Virus record (IMG/VR): IMGVR_UViG_3300031344_000002
Location: 1 to 64,000 of that record
Strand: one strand, 5' to 3'
DNA length: 64,000 nt
Shown here: in pieces, positions 49,104 through 59,046 of the stretch
How the letters are laid out: each line of letters opens with the position of its first letter
Numbering within the stretch: the first letter of the stretch is position 1
Position numbers and translations under genes: made by a program
Notes under the pieces: generated by a model
The model's input: only the letters and a program-made list of their open reading frames with translations
The model's database searches: none
What the model was told of the DNA's origin: nothing

Positions 49104-51806
49104 ATGAAAATAATTACACAAATTGGCAGCAAAGACAGATTCATCGAAATGTTCGAAAGAGTCAATAAAATACAATTGAATGAAGAAATTGTACAAAATA
49201 ATAATTCAAATTCTGTTCTTGAAAATACTTTTCAAGAATTAAAAAATAATCAATTGAATATTCAACATGTCAATAATCAAGCTAATGGCGATGAAAGTTT
49301 TGTTGAAATAATTGGTATTGATAAGGGTGGTAATTATGTTAATTTAAAATTCAAAGTTACTTCAAGTCAAAGTGAACAAGATGGTGTATTTAATGTTGAT
49401 TCAGTACAATTAGATAGTTTTACATTTAATACAAAAAATGGTGGTCAAACTATTGAAATGGATGTAAATGCATTAAAACAATTCAATGCTCAACATAGTC
49501 AAGAATTGGTTGATATTGTTAGTGAATATGTTGATGTTGAATCTGAACAACCAGAAGTTGATGAACTATATGAAGAAGCTATCAAGAAAATTGATTCATA
49601 TAATATAAAAGAAATGTCAACATTTAGAAATATAAATAATATTAATCCAGAAATTCAAAAAATAGTTGCAGTACATTTGTGGGATGGAGGTACGGGAACT
49701 AAAGTAGCTGTTTTTCTTAGAGGGACAAAAAAAGATACTGGTGAAGAAGCATGGAGGTTATATCCAAAAAAACCAACTATTTTTGTAAAAGATGATTTTT
49801 TGCAAAGACCTGATGTTGCTTATTTACAAGGAAAAGCAGCAGATGAATTTTTGAGAAGTAATGGTTATAAAGTAAAACAAGATAATAAAACTCTTACAAA
49901 ACTTGAAGAAATGGATATAAATCCCACTATTGGAATGCAAACACTTAGTGCATATGCTGATGAAAAACCAACAAATCCTGAAGTAAGAGTTAATTCACCT
50001 GAATTAGAAAAATATGTAAGTGAAATACAAGAATATAATCCAGAAGAAGAACAACCTGAAGGTGATGTTTTGGATTTACCACCAGATTATAGTAATACTG
50101 ATATTTCTACTGATGATGAACCAGAAATCGTTAATCCAGATAATATTAAACCATCAGAACCTGAAGAACCGATTTCTCCAGAAAAGGAAAAAATAATTAT
50201 GCAAGCATATGATAATTTGATTGCAAGAGGTATTTCAGCACCAACAGTAAATCAAATATTGGCAGAAATTGATAAAATAAATCCTTCTGCTTCAGAGAAA
50301 CCAGACCCTGAAAGTCATATGGCTGTTGGAAAAAAAAGAGTATACCCAAGTATGGCAGAACCATTTTTAGAAAATTTAGATGCAACAGATATACTTTCAA
50401 GAACTTATGAGAAACAATTAAGCCCAGAAAAGAAAGAAGAATTTATTAATTTTGTTAAAAAATATGTTGATATGAAATTAGGTGCTAAAAAAAATCAAAT
50501 ATCAAAAGAAGATTATATAAAAATAGTTAAAGCTGTGTCATTGGAAATATATAATAGAGGTTTAGCAGAATTAAATGAAACAGATTATCCTGAAGAAATG
50601 GGTATTCCAAGAGAAATTAAAACAACAACAAATTATCCAAAACCCAAAAAAAAACATAAAACAAAAAAATTAAAAATCAAAACAGGGGTTAGTGAAAGTA
50701 TTGACCAAGATAAATATGAAGAAGTTGTATTTTTACAAGGTGATGAAGCATATCAACCTTTGGAAATACTTAATACAAAGGGTAAAGATGCAGCATTGGA
50801 ATATCTCAAACAATGGCATTATCCGGGTGAACATCAAGGTAGTCAAGAATTGGGACATGGTACTGAAGACCAAACTTATGAAAAAGATGGTTATATAATG
50901 TCATGGAATTCAGGAATTGGTTATATTGGTTTACAATATGATTTATCAAAAATGAATGAAGATGACGAACAAATGTCACATCAACCATTTGATAATGAAA
51001 AAGAAAATCCTGAAGAAACACCAGAATTAAATGCAAACGGTAATGAGGAAATCGAAAAATTAGCAAAGGATAAAGAAGAACAAGGTGAAGTACTTATTGG
51101 TGGTAAAGGTGATGGTAAATCACCACTTGAATTTGATGCAGACCAAGTAATAAAGGGTCTTGAGGTCGAAAAAGAACATACTGATGACCCATTAGTAGCT
51201 ATTGAGGTGGTTTTAGACCATTTATCAGAAACGCCTGATTATTATACGGTTAAAGATACACCACAAGATTCAGCACAAGCAGAAGCAGCAAAAGATGCTG
51301 AAGGTGAGAATATTCCTGAAGAAAATAACGATGATGAAGAAATGACAGATATATTACTTGGTTATGAACCAAAGAATGTTGGGGATGATACAGAAGATAA
51401 TAAAGAAATTCCTGCAATTAAAGAAGATATTGAAAGTGATTTAAAACAAAAAGACCCGGCAACATGGCATCAAATTCAAATTGCAAAGAAGACAATAAAA
51501 ATGCCGGGAGCAATGGCAGATATTATGGGAGGTATGACAAAAGAAGAAGCAAGAGAAATTCTAACTAAACGTGGTATTAAAGTTGAAGAAAATATTGTTG
51601 GCGCAAGTGGTGTACAATCAGTAGTTGGTTCAAATAATAATACAAATGGTGCACAATCAACAATTGGTTCAAATTCTAATGTTAATACAAAAGATAATGA
51701 TAGTTTAAAGAAATATCAAGAATATGAAAAAGAAGATATTAATTCATTAAATGATGGCGAAAAAAAGGAATATTTTGAACTTTGGACTAAATTTAAAAAT
51801 AGTTAA
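49104..51806 (+). CDS. Large acidic modular protein with a DUF5661-like domain (possible internal head protein)
   Basis: KGLEVEKEHTDD...E.VLDHLSE.PDYY motif; many (L/I/V)-x-E boundaries. Confidence 0.6.
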   Translation: MKIITQIGSKDRFIEMFERVNKIQLNEEIVQNNNSNSVLENTFQELKNNQLNIQHVNNQANGDESFVEIIGIDKGGNYVNLKFKVTSSQSEQDGVFNVDSVQLDSFTFNTKNGGQTIEMDVNALKQFNAQHSQELVDIVSEYVDVESEQPEVDELYEEAIKKIDSYNIKEMSTFRNINNINPEIQKIVAVHLWDGGTGTKVAVFLRGTKKDTGEEAWRLYPKKPTIFVKDDFLQRPDVAYLQGKAADEFLRSNGYKVKQDNKTLTKLEEMDINPTIGMQTLSAYADEKPTNPEVRVNSPELEKYVSEIQEYNPEEEQPEGDVLDLPPDYSNTDISTDDEPEIVNPDNIKPSEPEEPISPEKEKIIMQAYDNLIARGISAPTVNQILAEIDKINPSASEKPDPESHMAVGKKRVYPSMAEPFLENLDATDILSRTYEKQLSPEKKEEFINFVKKYVDMKLGAKKNQISKEDYIKIVKAVSLEIYNRGLAELNETDYPEEMGIPREIKTTTNYPKPKKKHKTKKLKIKTGVSESIDQDKYEEVVFLQGDEAYQPLEILNTKGKDAALEYLKQWHYPGEHQGSQELGHGTEDQTYEKDGYIMSWNSGIGYIGLQYDLSKMNEDDEQMSHQPFDNEKENPEETPELNANGNEEIEKLAKDKEEQGEVLIGGKGDGKSPLEFDADQVIKGLEVEKEHTDDPLVAIEVVLDHLSETPDYYTVKDTPQDSAQAEAAKDAEGENIPEENNDDEEMTDILLGYEPKNVGDDTEDNKEIPAIKEDIESDLKQKDPATWHQIQIAKKTIKMPGAMADIMGGMTKEEAREILTKRGIKVEENIVGASGVQSVVGSNNNTNGAQSTIGSNSNVNTKDNDSLKKYQEYEKEDINSLNDGEKKEYFELWTKFKNS

Positions 51807-51975
51807 TTTTATATTTGTAATATTATTTATATTTTTATTAATTGGATGTTATTCAAAAAATAGATTACAACATACTGCACATAAAAATTATAATAAAACA
51901 ATTAATAAAATTCACCATGATGTTTCAAAGCATGAAAAACAACGAAGGAAACAAGAAATATTTGTTTTTAAATAA
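51751..51975 (+). CDS. Possible small lipoprotein
   Basis: Hydrophobic stretch ending LLIG-C; overlaps the upstream gene by 56 nt. Confidence 0.35.
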   Translation: MMAKKRNILNFGLNLKIVNFIFVILFIFLLIGCYSKNRLQHTAHKNYNKTINKIHHDVSKHEKQRRKQEIFVFK

Positions 51976-51983
51976 GAAAAAAT

Positions 51984-52012
51984 AAAGACTACAATAATAA
52001 GTAGTCTTTTTT
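51984..52012 (+). terminator. Intrinsic terminator
   Basis: AAAGACTAC-loop-GTAGTCTTTTTT. Confidence 0.75.
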
Positions 52013-52041
52013 ATTTCTTAGGTATTTATAAGAAAAGAAAA

Positions 52042-53457
52042 ATGGGATTCTTTAGGTCATATTTTAATAAAAACAATACCTTAATTTCTGGTAATCAAAC
52101 AAATAATAGTCAAAATCCAGTTACTGAAGTATCATATGGTACACCAGATAAACAGGTTAGTCGATTTATATTTGATATTGACTTAACTGAATTGCGTAAT
52201 AGAATTATAGATGGTTATATTAATCCAAATAGAATTGTAAAACATATATTACATATGACCAATACAATTAGTTATGCCCCGCAATATCTTGGACAAAAAT
52301 CATATACGCAGGTAATTAATAGAGCAACAAGTTTTGATTTAGATTTATTTAATATTAATCAAGATTGGGATGAAGGTAGTGGTTATGATTTTATATATAA
52401 TGATACAATAATAGCAAATTCAATTATTGAAGCATCTAATTGGTATTCTGCAAAAACAAATACATTATGGATAAATTCTGGTGCATATATTAGTGGTGTA
52501 ACACAAATAATTGCTACAGAAAGATTTGAAAAGGGAAATGAAAGTCTTGATATTGATATTACCGATTATATAAATCAAAGATTATTTGGTACTGGCTATA
52601 CTGGAACATCAGCATTTACAGGTTCTTCATATGGTCTTGGTCTTAAATTTCCGGATAATCTTGAAATACAAGAAACAACATATAGAGAAGCAGTTGCTTT
52701 TCATGCAAAGAATACTAATACATGGTATGAACCATATATTGAAACAATTATTGATGATACAATAATTGATGATAGGAATTATTTTTATTTAGATAAAAGT
52801 AATGATTTATATTTATATGTAAATATTGGTGCTTTTTCTCAGGATATTATAATAAATAAGGTTGATATCTATGATTATGAAGATAACTTGGTTGATACAT
52901 TAAGCGGAACATCAATTGTTAATGTAAGTAAAGGAATTTATAAAATAAATTATTTTGTTGATTCTGATACATATCCAGATGCAGTATTATTTAAAGATGT
53001 TTGGACTGTTACAATAAATGGTAGACAAAGTGAACATACTGGAGAATTTTATTTAATATCACCAGATAAATATTATACTTTTGACCAATCGAATCAAATT
53101 CAATTTGATAATTATTTCTTTTATTTTTGGGGAATCGGTGAAAGAGAAAACATTACTTCAGGTGTGGTTAAAAAAATAAAATTAACAATAAAAGAATTAT
53201 ATGCCAATCAAAATAATTTCTTACCTTTGGATATTGAATATAGATTATTTACAACTGTTGGTAGTAAATATGAAATCGATGTAATTCCATTTACATCTGT
53301 TAATAGAACAAATACTGGTTATGAATTTAATCTCGATACATCATGGTTAATTCCTCAAGATTATCATTTACAAATAAGATTAAAAAATGGTAATTATTAT
53401 GAAAATAAACAAACACTTTCTTTTACAATAGTTTCAGATAATTTAGTTAATGTATAA
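52042..53457 (+). CDS. Putative virion structural protein
   Basis: Late motif at 52021; beta-rich composition. Confidence 0.6.
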   Translation: MGFFRSYFNKNNTLISGNQTNNSQNPVTEVSYGTPDKQVSRFIFDIDLTELRNRIIDGYINPNRIVKHILHMTNTISYAPQYLGQKSYTQVINRATSFDLDLFNINQDWDEGSGYDFIYNDTIIANSIIEASNWYSAKTNTLWINSGAYISGVTQIIATERFEKGNESLDIDITDYINQRLFGTGYTGTSAFTGSSYGLGLKFPDNLEIQETTYREAVAFHAKNTNTWYEPYIETIIDDTIIDDRNYFYLDKSNDLYLYVNIGAFSQDIIINKVDIYDYEDNLVDTLSGTSIVNVSKGIYKINYFVDSDTYPDAVLFKDVWTVTINGRQSEHTGEFYLISPDKYYTFDQSNQIQFDNYFFYFWGIGERENITSGVVKKIKLTIKELYANQNNFLPLDIEYRLFTTVGSKYEIDVIPFTSVNRTNTGYEFNLDTSWLIPQDYHLQIRLKNGNYYENKQTLSFTIVSDNLVNV

Positions 53458-53571
53458 AACATAAAAAAGTTTATTTTTAAAATCTCTTGTATTTATCTAA
53501 AATGTGAAATATATTTGTATTGCAATTTTTATAATTGAAAAAATAACTTTACTGTAATTTAAATTTAAAAA

Positions 53572-54795
53572 ATGGAAAAACAAAATTCAACGACAAACAC
53601 CCAAGGTGGTGATTTGTCAGATTTAAAAAAAATGTTTACTTCTTATCAGAAAAAACAATCTCAAACAAACAAAAGAAAATCACGTGAAGACCTTTTAGCA
53701 AAGTACTTTGTACCACGTAAAGCTAAAGAAATCTTCAGAATTCTCCCACCTAAATCCGGTAAAAAACATATTGAAGAAGCATTTTTTCATGTGGTTACTA
53801 CCAATGCAACTGGTGGAAAAAAGAAACACGGTACAGTAATTTACTGTCCTGCTCACAATGACCCTAAAGTTCCTAAATTGGGAGCAGATAATAAGCCATT
53901 GATAGACCAAGCAACTAGTAGTCCTATTCTTGTACCTGCACCATGTCCTCTTTGTGCAAGGAATAAAAAATGGCTTACGAAACAAGACCAATCCTTAAAA
54001 GGAATTAAAAAGGAAAATATGAATGATGCACAGTTAGCAATTAAAGCTAAGAATGATGAAATTTATAGGGAAGCCATTAAATGGGAAGCCAAGAAATTTT
54101 ATATTGTTCGTGGTATTGATAAGGGTGTAGAAAAAGATGGTGTTAAGTTTTGGAGATTTAAACATAATTATAAAAATCAAGGAACTCTTGATAAATTACT
54201 TCCAATTTTGGAAGATTATATGTCAAATCATCAAGCAGATTTTTCTGACCCAAATAATGGTACTGATTTAAGTCTTACTATGACAGATAGTGAATTTAAT
54301 GGTTATGTTTATAAAGCAATTTCTGCAATCACAGCAAAAGGTAAGTCATTATTAAGTAATGATTCATTAGTTTCAAGAGCATGGCTTGAAGATGATATTA
54401 CATGGAGAGATGTATTTAAACCAAAACAAGCACCGGGAATGCCACCATTTGAATTTCTTGAAGCTGTGGCTAATGGTACAAATCCTTATTGGGATGATAC
54501 TGACGCAAATAATAAACATTGGGTATTTCCGGGTCGTCCTGACTTGGAAGCAGCAGCCAATACTCGTACTCGTAATCTTGATGCAACTGAAGAAAATTTT
54601 GAATATGCTTCAGATTTGGATGATGAATATCCAAGAGTTACTATAAGTAATATTACTGAATCAAAAGTTGGCAAATATGAAGATGATGCAACTGATTTAG
54701 GAAAAGAAACACTTGCAGAAACAGCAAAAGATGTTATTACTGAAGATGAAAATCAATCGGGTGATAATTCAGATTATGAGGACCTTCCTTTTTAA
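53572..54795 (+). CDS. Single-stranded DNA-binding protein (T4 gp32-like)
   Basis: FRILPP, H.....C..H...CPLC zinc ligands, acidic tail ending EDLPF. Confidence 0.8.
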   Translation: MEKQNSTTNTQGGDLSDLKKMFTSYQKKQSQTNKRKSREDLLAKYFVPRKAKEIFRILPPKSGKKHIEEAFFHVVTTNATGGKKKHGTVIYCPAHNDPKVPKLGADNKPLIDQATSSPILVPAPCPLCARNKKWLTKQDQSLKGIKKENMNDAQLAIKAKNDEIYREAIKWEAKKFYIVRGIDKGVEKDGVKFWRFKHNYKNQGTLDKLLPILEDYMSNHQADFSDPNNGTDLSLTMTDSEFNGYVYKAISAITAKGKSLLSNDSLVSRAWLEDDITWRDVFKPKQAPGMPPFEFLEAVANGTNPYWDDTDANNKHWVFPGRPDLEAAANTRTRNLDATEENFEYASDLDDEYPRVTISNITESKVGKYEDDATDLGKETLAETAKDVITEDENQSGDNSDYEDLPF

Positions 54796-54817
54796 AAAAT
54801 AAAATTAATTAATTTAT

Positions 54818-54847
54818 ATATAAGGAGAATATAAGTTCTCCTTATAT
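54818..54847 (+). terminator. Hairpin/terminator between ssb and recA
   Basis: ATATAAGGAGAA-TATAAG-TTCTCCTTATAT. Confidence 0.6.
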
Positions 54848-54870
54848 TCTTTAATATAAATAAAAAATAT

Positions 54871-55980
54871 ATGGCAAAAAAAATAGAAAATGAAGTACCT
54901 TCAAATGAATTGGTGAGAAAACCAACAGCAAAAAAAACATTTAGTCTTGAAAATTTTAAAAAGAAGGTAGGAGTTGAAGATATTCCAGATAAACCACTAC
55001 AATGGATAAAAATTGATGATGCTATGGAGGAGGTAACTGGAATTCCGGGCTTCCCAAAGGGCTACGTATCAGCATGTTGCGGATTTTCTAATAGCGGAAA
55101 ATCCACTGCAGTAGCGTTAGGTATTGTTAATGCACAAAAAATGGGATTGCTTCCAATAATAATTGATTTAGAAAATAACTTAAGTAAATATCGATTAACT
55201 ACAATGGGTTTTGATTGGGATAAAGAACATATTTTTATTGATAATGAATATCTGTTAGAACATTTTGGAAGAGTTTTAGATAAAAATAGAAATTATGCTT
55301 CAATTGAAGATTTAGCGAATTGTGTTCGTTTCTTATTACGTGAACAAAGCGATGGTAATTTACCATTTGATTTAGCATTTGCAATTGACTCAATTGGTAC
55401 GTTGAATTGCAATAAAACAATTAATGCTGCAGAAAAAAATGAAACAGACTCCAATTTTTGGAATGCAGGTGCGTATGAAAAAGAATTTATGTATTTATTT
55501 AATGATGTTATTCCAAATAGTAGGAAAGCAACAAAACAATATACAAATACAGTATTTGTTGTTCAGAAAATTGGTCGTGATGCAATGAATAATTCAATTA
55601 CTATGAAAGGTGGACGTACATGGGAATACACGCCTCGATTGCAGTATTATTTTGGTGGTATTGTGTCAAAAGGTGTTAAGAAAATTACAGCTATTTCAAA
55701 AAAACGTGAAATATCATATGGTGTGTCAGTAAAAGTTAATGTATTAAAAAATCAAATAGATGGACCGCTTGGTGGTATTTCGATGGAAGGGTCAATAATT
55801 TCAGTACCACAAGGATTTATAACTCCTGAAGGTGTTGAAGAATATAAAAAGAAAAATATATTATATTTTCGTAATTTATTTGGTAATGATGATTTAAATG
55901 TTGATGATATTGGCACAGGTGAACGTATTGAAAATACTGATGGAAAAGTAGTATTTGATATTATAGAAAAAGCTGAATAA
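54871..55980 (+). CDS. recA: RecA/UvsX-like recombinase
   Basis: Walker A GFSNSGKST, IIIDLEN, Walker B AIDSIG, KVNVLKNQI. Confidence 0.85.
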   Translation: MAKKIENEVPSNELVRKPTAKKTFSLENFKKKVGVEDIPDKPLQWIKIDDAMEEVTGIPGFPKGYVSACCGFSNSGKSTAVALGIVNAQKMGLLPIIIDLENNLSKYRLTTMGFDWDKEHIFIDNEYLLEHFGRVLDKNRNYASIEDLANCVRFLLREQSDGNLPFDLAFAIDSIGTLNCNKTINAAEKNETDSNFWNAGAYEKEFMYLFNDVIPNSRKATKQYTNTVFVVQKIGRDAMNNSITMKGGRTWEYTPRLQYYFGGIVSKGVKKITAISKKREISYGVSVKVNVLKNQIDGPLGGISMEGSIISVPQGFITPEGVEEYKKKNILYFRNLFGNDDLNVDDIGTGERIENTDGKVVFDIIEKAE

Positions 55981-56006
55981 TATTTAAAATTTTTATTATT
56001 ATTATT

Positions 56007-57221
56007 ATGAAAAAACCTAGAGGATATTGGACATATGATGTTTGTAAAAAAGAAGCATTAAAATTTACAAATAGACATCAAATGGGATTAGAATCTCCAA
56101 ATATCTATAATAAGATTTTACGAAAAAAATGGTTTAGTGAATTATGTTCGCATTTTTTATTAGATAATAGAAAACCTAATGGATATTGGATATATAAAAA
56201 ATGTAAAGAAGAAGCATTAAAATATATTAGAATTGTTGATTTTAAAAAGGGGTCGGGTGGTGCATACATTTCTTCAAGACATAATGGGTGGTTAAAAGAT
56301 GTGACAAAACACATGATAAAAATTAAGCCTGTTGGATTTTGGTCAAAAGAAAACTGTAGAATTGAAGCACTTAAATATAATACGAAAATAGAATTTAAAA
56401 ACAAATCTGGTAGTGCATATAATGCATCCATAAAAAATAAATGGATAAATGATGTTTCTTCACATATGGTGAAAATAGGTAATAGGTATCACAAATGTGT
56501 ATATGCATATGAATTTTCAGATAATCATGTTTATGTGGGTATTACGTATAATATAGAAAAAAGAATTCATGATAGAAAAAAATGTAAAACGGATTCAGTA
56601 ACAAAATATATTAATAAATCAGGATTAATTCCGGAATTTAAACAATTAACAGATTTTATTGATGTTGATATTGCAATTATGTTAGAAGAAAAATACGTTA
56701 ATGATTATAGAAATAATAATTGGATTATATTAAATCAAGTAAAAACTGGTAGTGTTGGTAGTGTTAGAAAATGGAGTAAAGAAATGTGTATTAATGAAGC
56801 AAAAAAATATGAAAATCGTAGTGATTTTTCACATTTTAGTGGGGGTGCATATGATGCTTCAAGAAGATATGGATGGATTGATGAAATATTATCAACCATC
56901 CCGTTGAAAATTAAACCTCGTAGATATTGGACAAAAGAAATGTGTGAGACAGAGTTTAAAAAATATTCATCAAAAAAAGAAGTAAAACGGTATGCTGTTA
57001 CCGCATATTGTGTTGCATGTAAAAATAATTGGTTAAAAGATTTTGAAAAATATATGACTAATGGTCGTAAAATTAATGGGTATTGGACTAAAGATATGTG
57101 TATTTCTCATGCGAAAATGTGTAAAAATTGGAACGAATTTAAAAAAAATTATAAAACAGCATATGTAATCGCAAGTAGAAATAATTGGTTGGAAGATATT
57201 AGCATAAGCACTAATTTATGA
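56007..57221 (+). CDS. GIY-YIG endonuclease with six W-T-K-E-x-C repeats
   Basis: CVYAYEF...VYVGITYN..R...E...Y.....LN core flanked by three repeats on each side. Confidence 0.8.
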   Translation: MKKPRGYWTYDVCKKEALKFTNRHQMGLESPNIYNKILRKKWFSELCSHFLLDNRKPNGYWIYKKCKEEALKYIRIVDFKKGSGGAYISSRHNGWLKDVTKHMIKIKPVGFWSKENCRIEALKYNTKIEFKNKSGSAYNASIKNKWINDVSSHMVKIGNRYHKCVYAYEFSDNHVYVGITYNIEKRIHDRKKCKTDSVTKYINKSGLIPEFKQLTDFIDVDIAIMLEEKYVNDYRNNNWIILNQVKTGSVGSVRKWSKEMCINEAKKYENRSDFSHFSGGAYDASRRYGWIDEILSTIPLKIKPRRYWTKEMCETEFKKYSSKKEVKRYAVTAYCVACKNNWLKDFEKYMTNGRKINGYWTKDMCISHAKMCKNWNEFKKNYKTAYVIASRNNWLEDISISTNL

Positions 57222-58276
57222 AAATCCGTACATTATTAATTGATGGTTCTTATCTGTTGAAACGTTCATTTCATGGTGCAAAAGATATATATAATAGTAA
57301 GGGCATCCATCTCGGCGGGCTATATCAATTTTTAACGACACTAAGAAAGCAGATTAAAGAACATATGATAAATAAGACTGTCGTGGTCTGGGACTCTTCT
57401 AATTCTGGTATTATGCGCCACCAAATAGACCCTAGCTATAAATCTAACAGAAAATCAAAACAATGGTATGAAAAAATTGAAATGAGTGATGCTGAAATTC
57501 GTAGAGAAAAAGAGAAAGAAGAATCAATATTATATCAACGAATTAAAATTAAAAATTATCTTGAAAATTTATTTATTAGACAAATTGAAGTAGATGATAT
57601 AGAAGCAGATGATTTGATTGCTGCATATTGTCTTCAATATAATAATAAAGAAGAAATATTTTTATATTCAAATGACAGAGATTTTGCACAATTATTGGAT
57701 TTAAATATTACAATAATATTTCCAAACATTGACCAACCAGTAACTCGTTCTAATTATTTAATGCATTTTAATCATCATTATTCGAATGCACTTGTATTAA
57801 AAATAATATGTGGTGATGATGCCGATAATATTAAAGGTATTGAAGGTATTGGTGAAAAAACATTATTAGAACATTTTCCTGAATTGAAATTCAAACATAT
57901 TAGTGTTAGGGAAATTTGTAGAAGAGCAGATGAAATAAATAAAGAACGAATTGCCAATAAAAAGAAACCATTAAAAGCATTAGAAAAATTAATAAGTCCA
58001 GAAGGTGTTGAAAGATTAAAAACAAATTTTCAACTAGTTAATTTGAGAGAACCAATGCTTAATGAACAAGCGATTGAAGAACTTAAACAATTAGAAATAC
58101 CATTATCTCCAGAAGGTCGAGGAAGCACAAATTTACTTAAAATGATGAATGAAGACCAGTTCTTATCAGTGTATGGTAGTACATTTGTTCAATATGTTGA
58201 ACCATTTTATACAGTTATTATGAATGAAAAACAATTACTTACAGAGTATATAAAAAATAATAAAGGTAATTTATAA
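57218..58276 (+). CDS. 5'-3' exonuclease / flap endonuclease (Pol I N-terminal, T4 RNase H-like)
   Basis: LLIDGS, VVWD, YKSNR, EADDLIA, SNDRDF.QL, GDDADNIKGIEGIGEKT. Confidence 0.92.
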   Translation: MKIRTLLIDGSYLLKRSFHGAKDIYNSKGIHLGGLYQFLTTLRKQIKEHMINKTVVVWDSSNSGIMRHQIDPSYKSNRKSKQWYEKIEMSDAEIRREKEKEESILYQRIKIKNYLENLFIRQIEVDDIEADDLIAAYCLQYNNKEEIFLYSNDRDFAQLLDLNITIIFPNIDQPVTRSNYLMHFNHHYSNALVLKIICGDDADNIKGIEGIGEKTLLEHFPELKFKHISVREICRRADEINKERIANKKKPLKALEKLISPEGVERLKTNFQLVNLREPMLNEQAIEELKQLEIPLSPEGRGSTNLLKMMNEDQFLSVYGSTFVQYVEPFYTVIMNEKQLLTEYIKNNKGNL

Positions 58277-58345
58277 AAAGTCTTTTACTTTTAGTAGATT
58301 CATATTATATTTGTCATAGTTATTAACAATTTAAAAATAATCAAA

Positions 58346-58969
58346 ATGAGCGAAAAAGAAAACAATAACGAATTTAGATTTTCACTATACCAAGAAAACA
58401 TTTTGTTATGTGAAAAAGTATTTAATGCAGATAAATTTAATCCGTTTACGAGGTATTCAATAGATATTAGAGATATACTTCCACGTGCAATAACAAAATT
58501 GCAAAAAACTTTATCAAAACGAAATTATGATGTTCTTGCTGAAGTAGGTAGAATCGATACAAGTATTCCAGATTCTGAAAATTATGAATATGATTTATAT
58601 GCATATCATCAAAAAACTTTGGTTGAATATAAAAATGAAATGCGTTATAATCCAATGCCTATTATACAAAAAATAGAAGAAAAAACAATTAAAGGTGTTG
58701 AATGTAAAATTGGTTTTTACATTAATAATAACCCAATAGTTGAACGAACGTTTTATGTTGATGGTTTTAATCCTGTTGCAAGATGGTCAGTTGATTTAAC
58801 TAATGCTGTTGTTGATATTGCTGATGATATTTTCAATAAAATAAAAAAGAGTGATATTAAAAATATGTGGGATGATTATGACTTGATTAATTTCAGGGGT
58901 TTATCAATAAATCAAATCAGAGAACTCTCTACTTCTAAAAGAGAAGAATTGTTGAGAAAATTTAGGTAA
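58346..58969 (+). CDS. Hypothetical protein
   Basis: Host-type promoter at 58306-58313. Confidence 0.75.
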   Translation: MSEKENNNEFRFSLYQENILLCEKVFNADKFNPFTRYSIDIRDILPRAITKLQKTLSKRNYDVLAEVGRIDTSIPDSENYEYDLYAYHQKTLVEYKNEMRYNPMPIIQKIEEKTIKGVECKIGFYINNNPIVERTFYVDGFNPVARWSVDLTNAVVDIADDIFNKIKKSDIKNMWDDYDLINFRGLSINQIRELSTSKREELLRKFR

Positions 58970-58990
58970 AAGTAAGTAGAGAAAAATAAT

Positions 58991-59028
58991 AAAATCATTA
59001 TTGTTTTAATTAAAACAATAATGATTTT
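58991..59028. repeat. Perfect 38-bp palindrome upstream of the helicase
   Basis: AAAATCATTATTGTTTTAA|TTAAAACAATAATGATTTT. Confidence 0.85.
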
Positions 59029-59046
59029 TCATACACATATTTTAAA

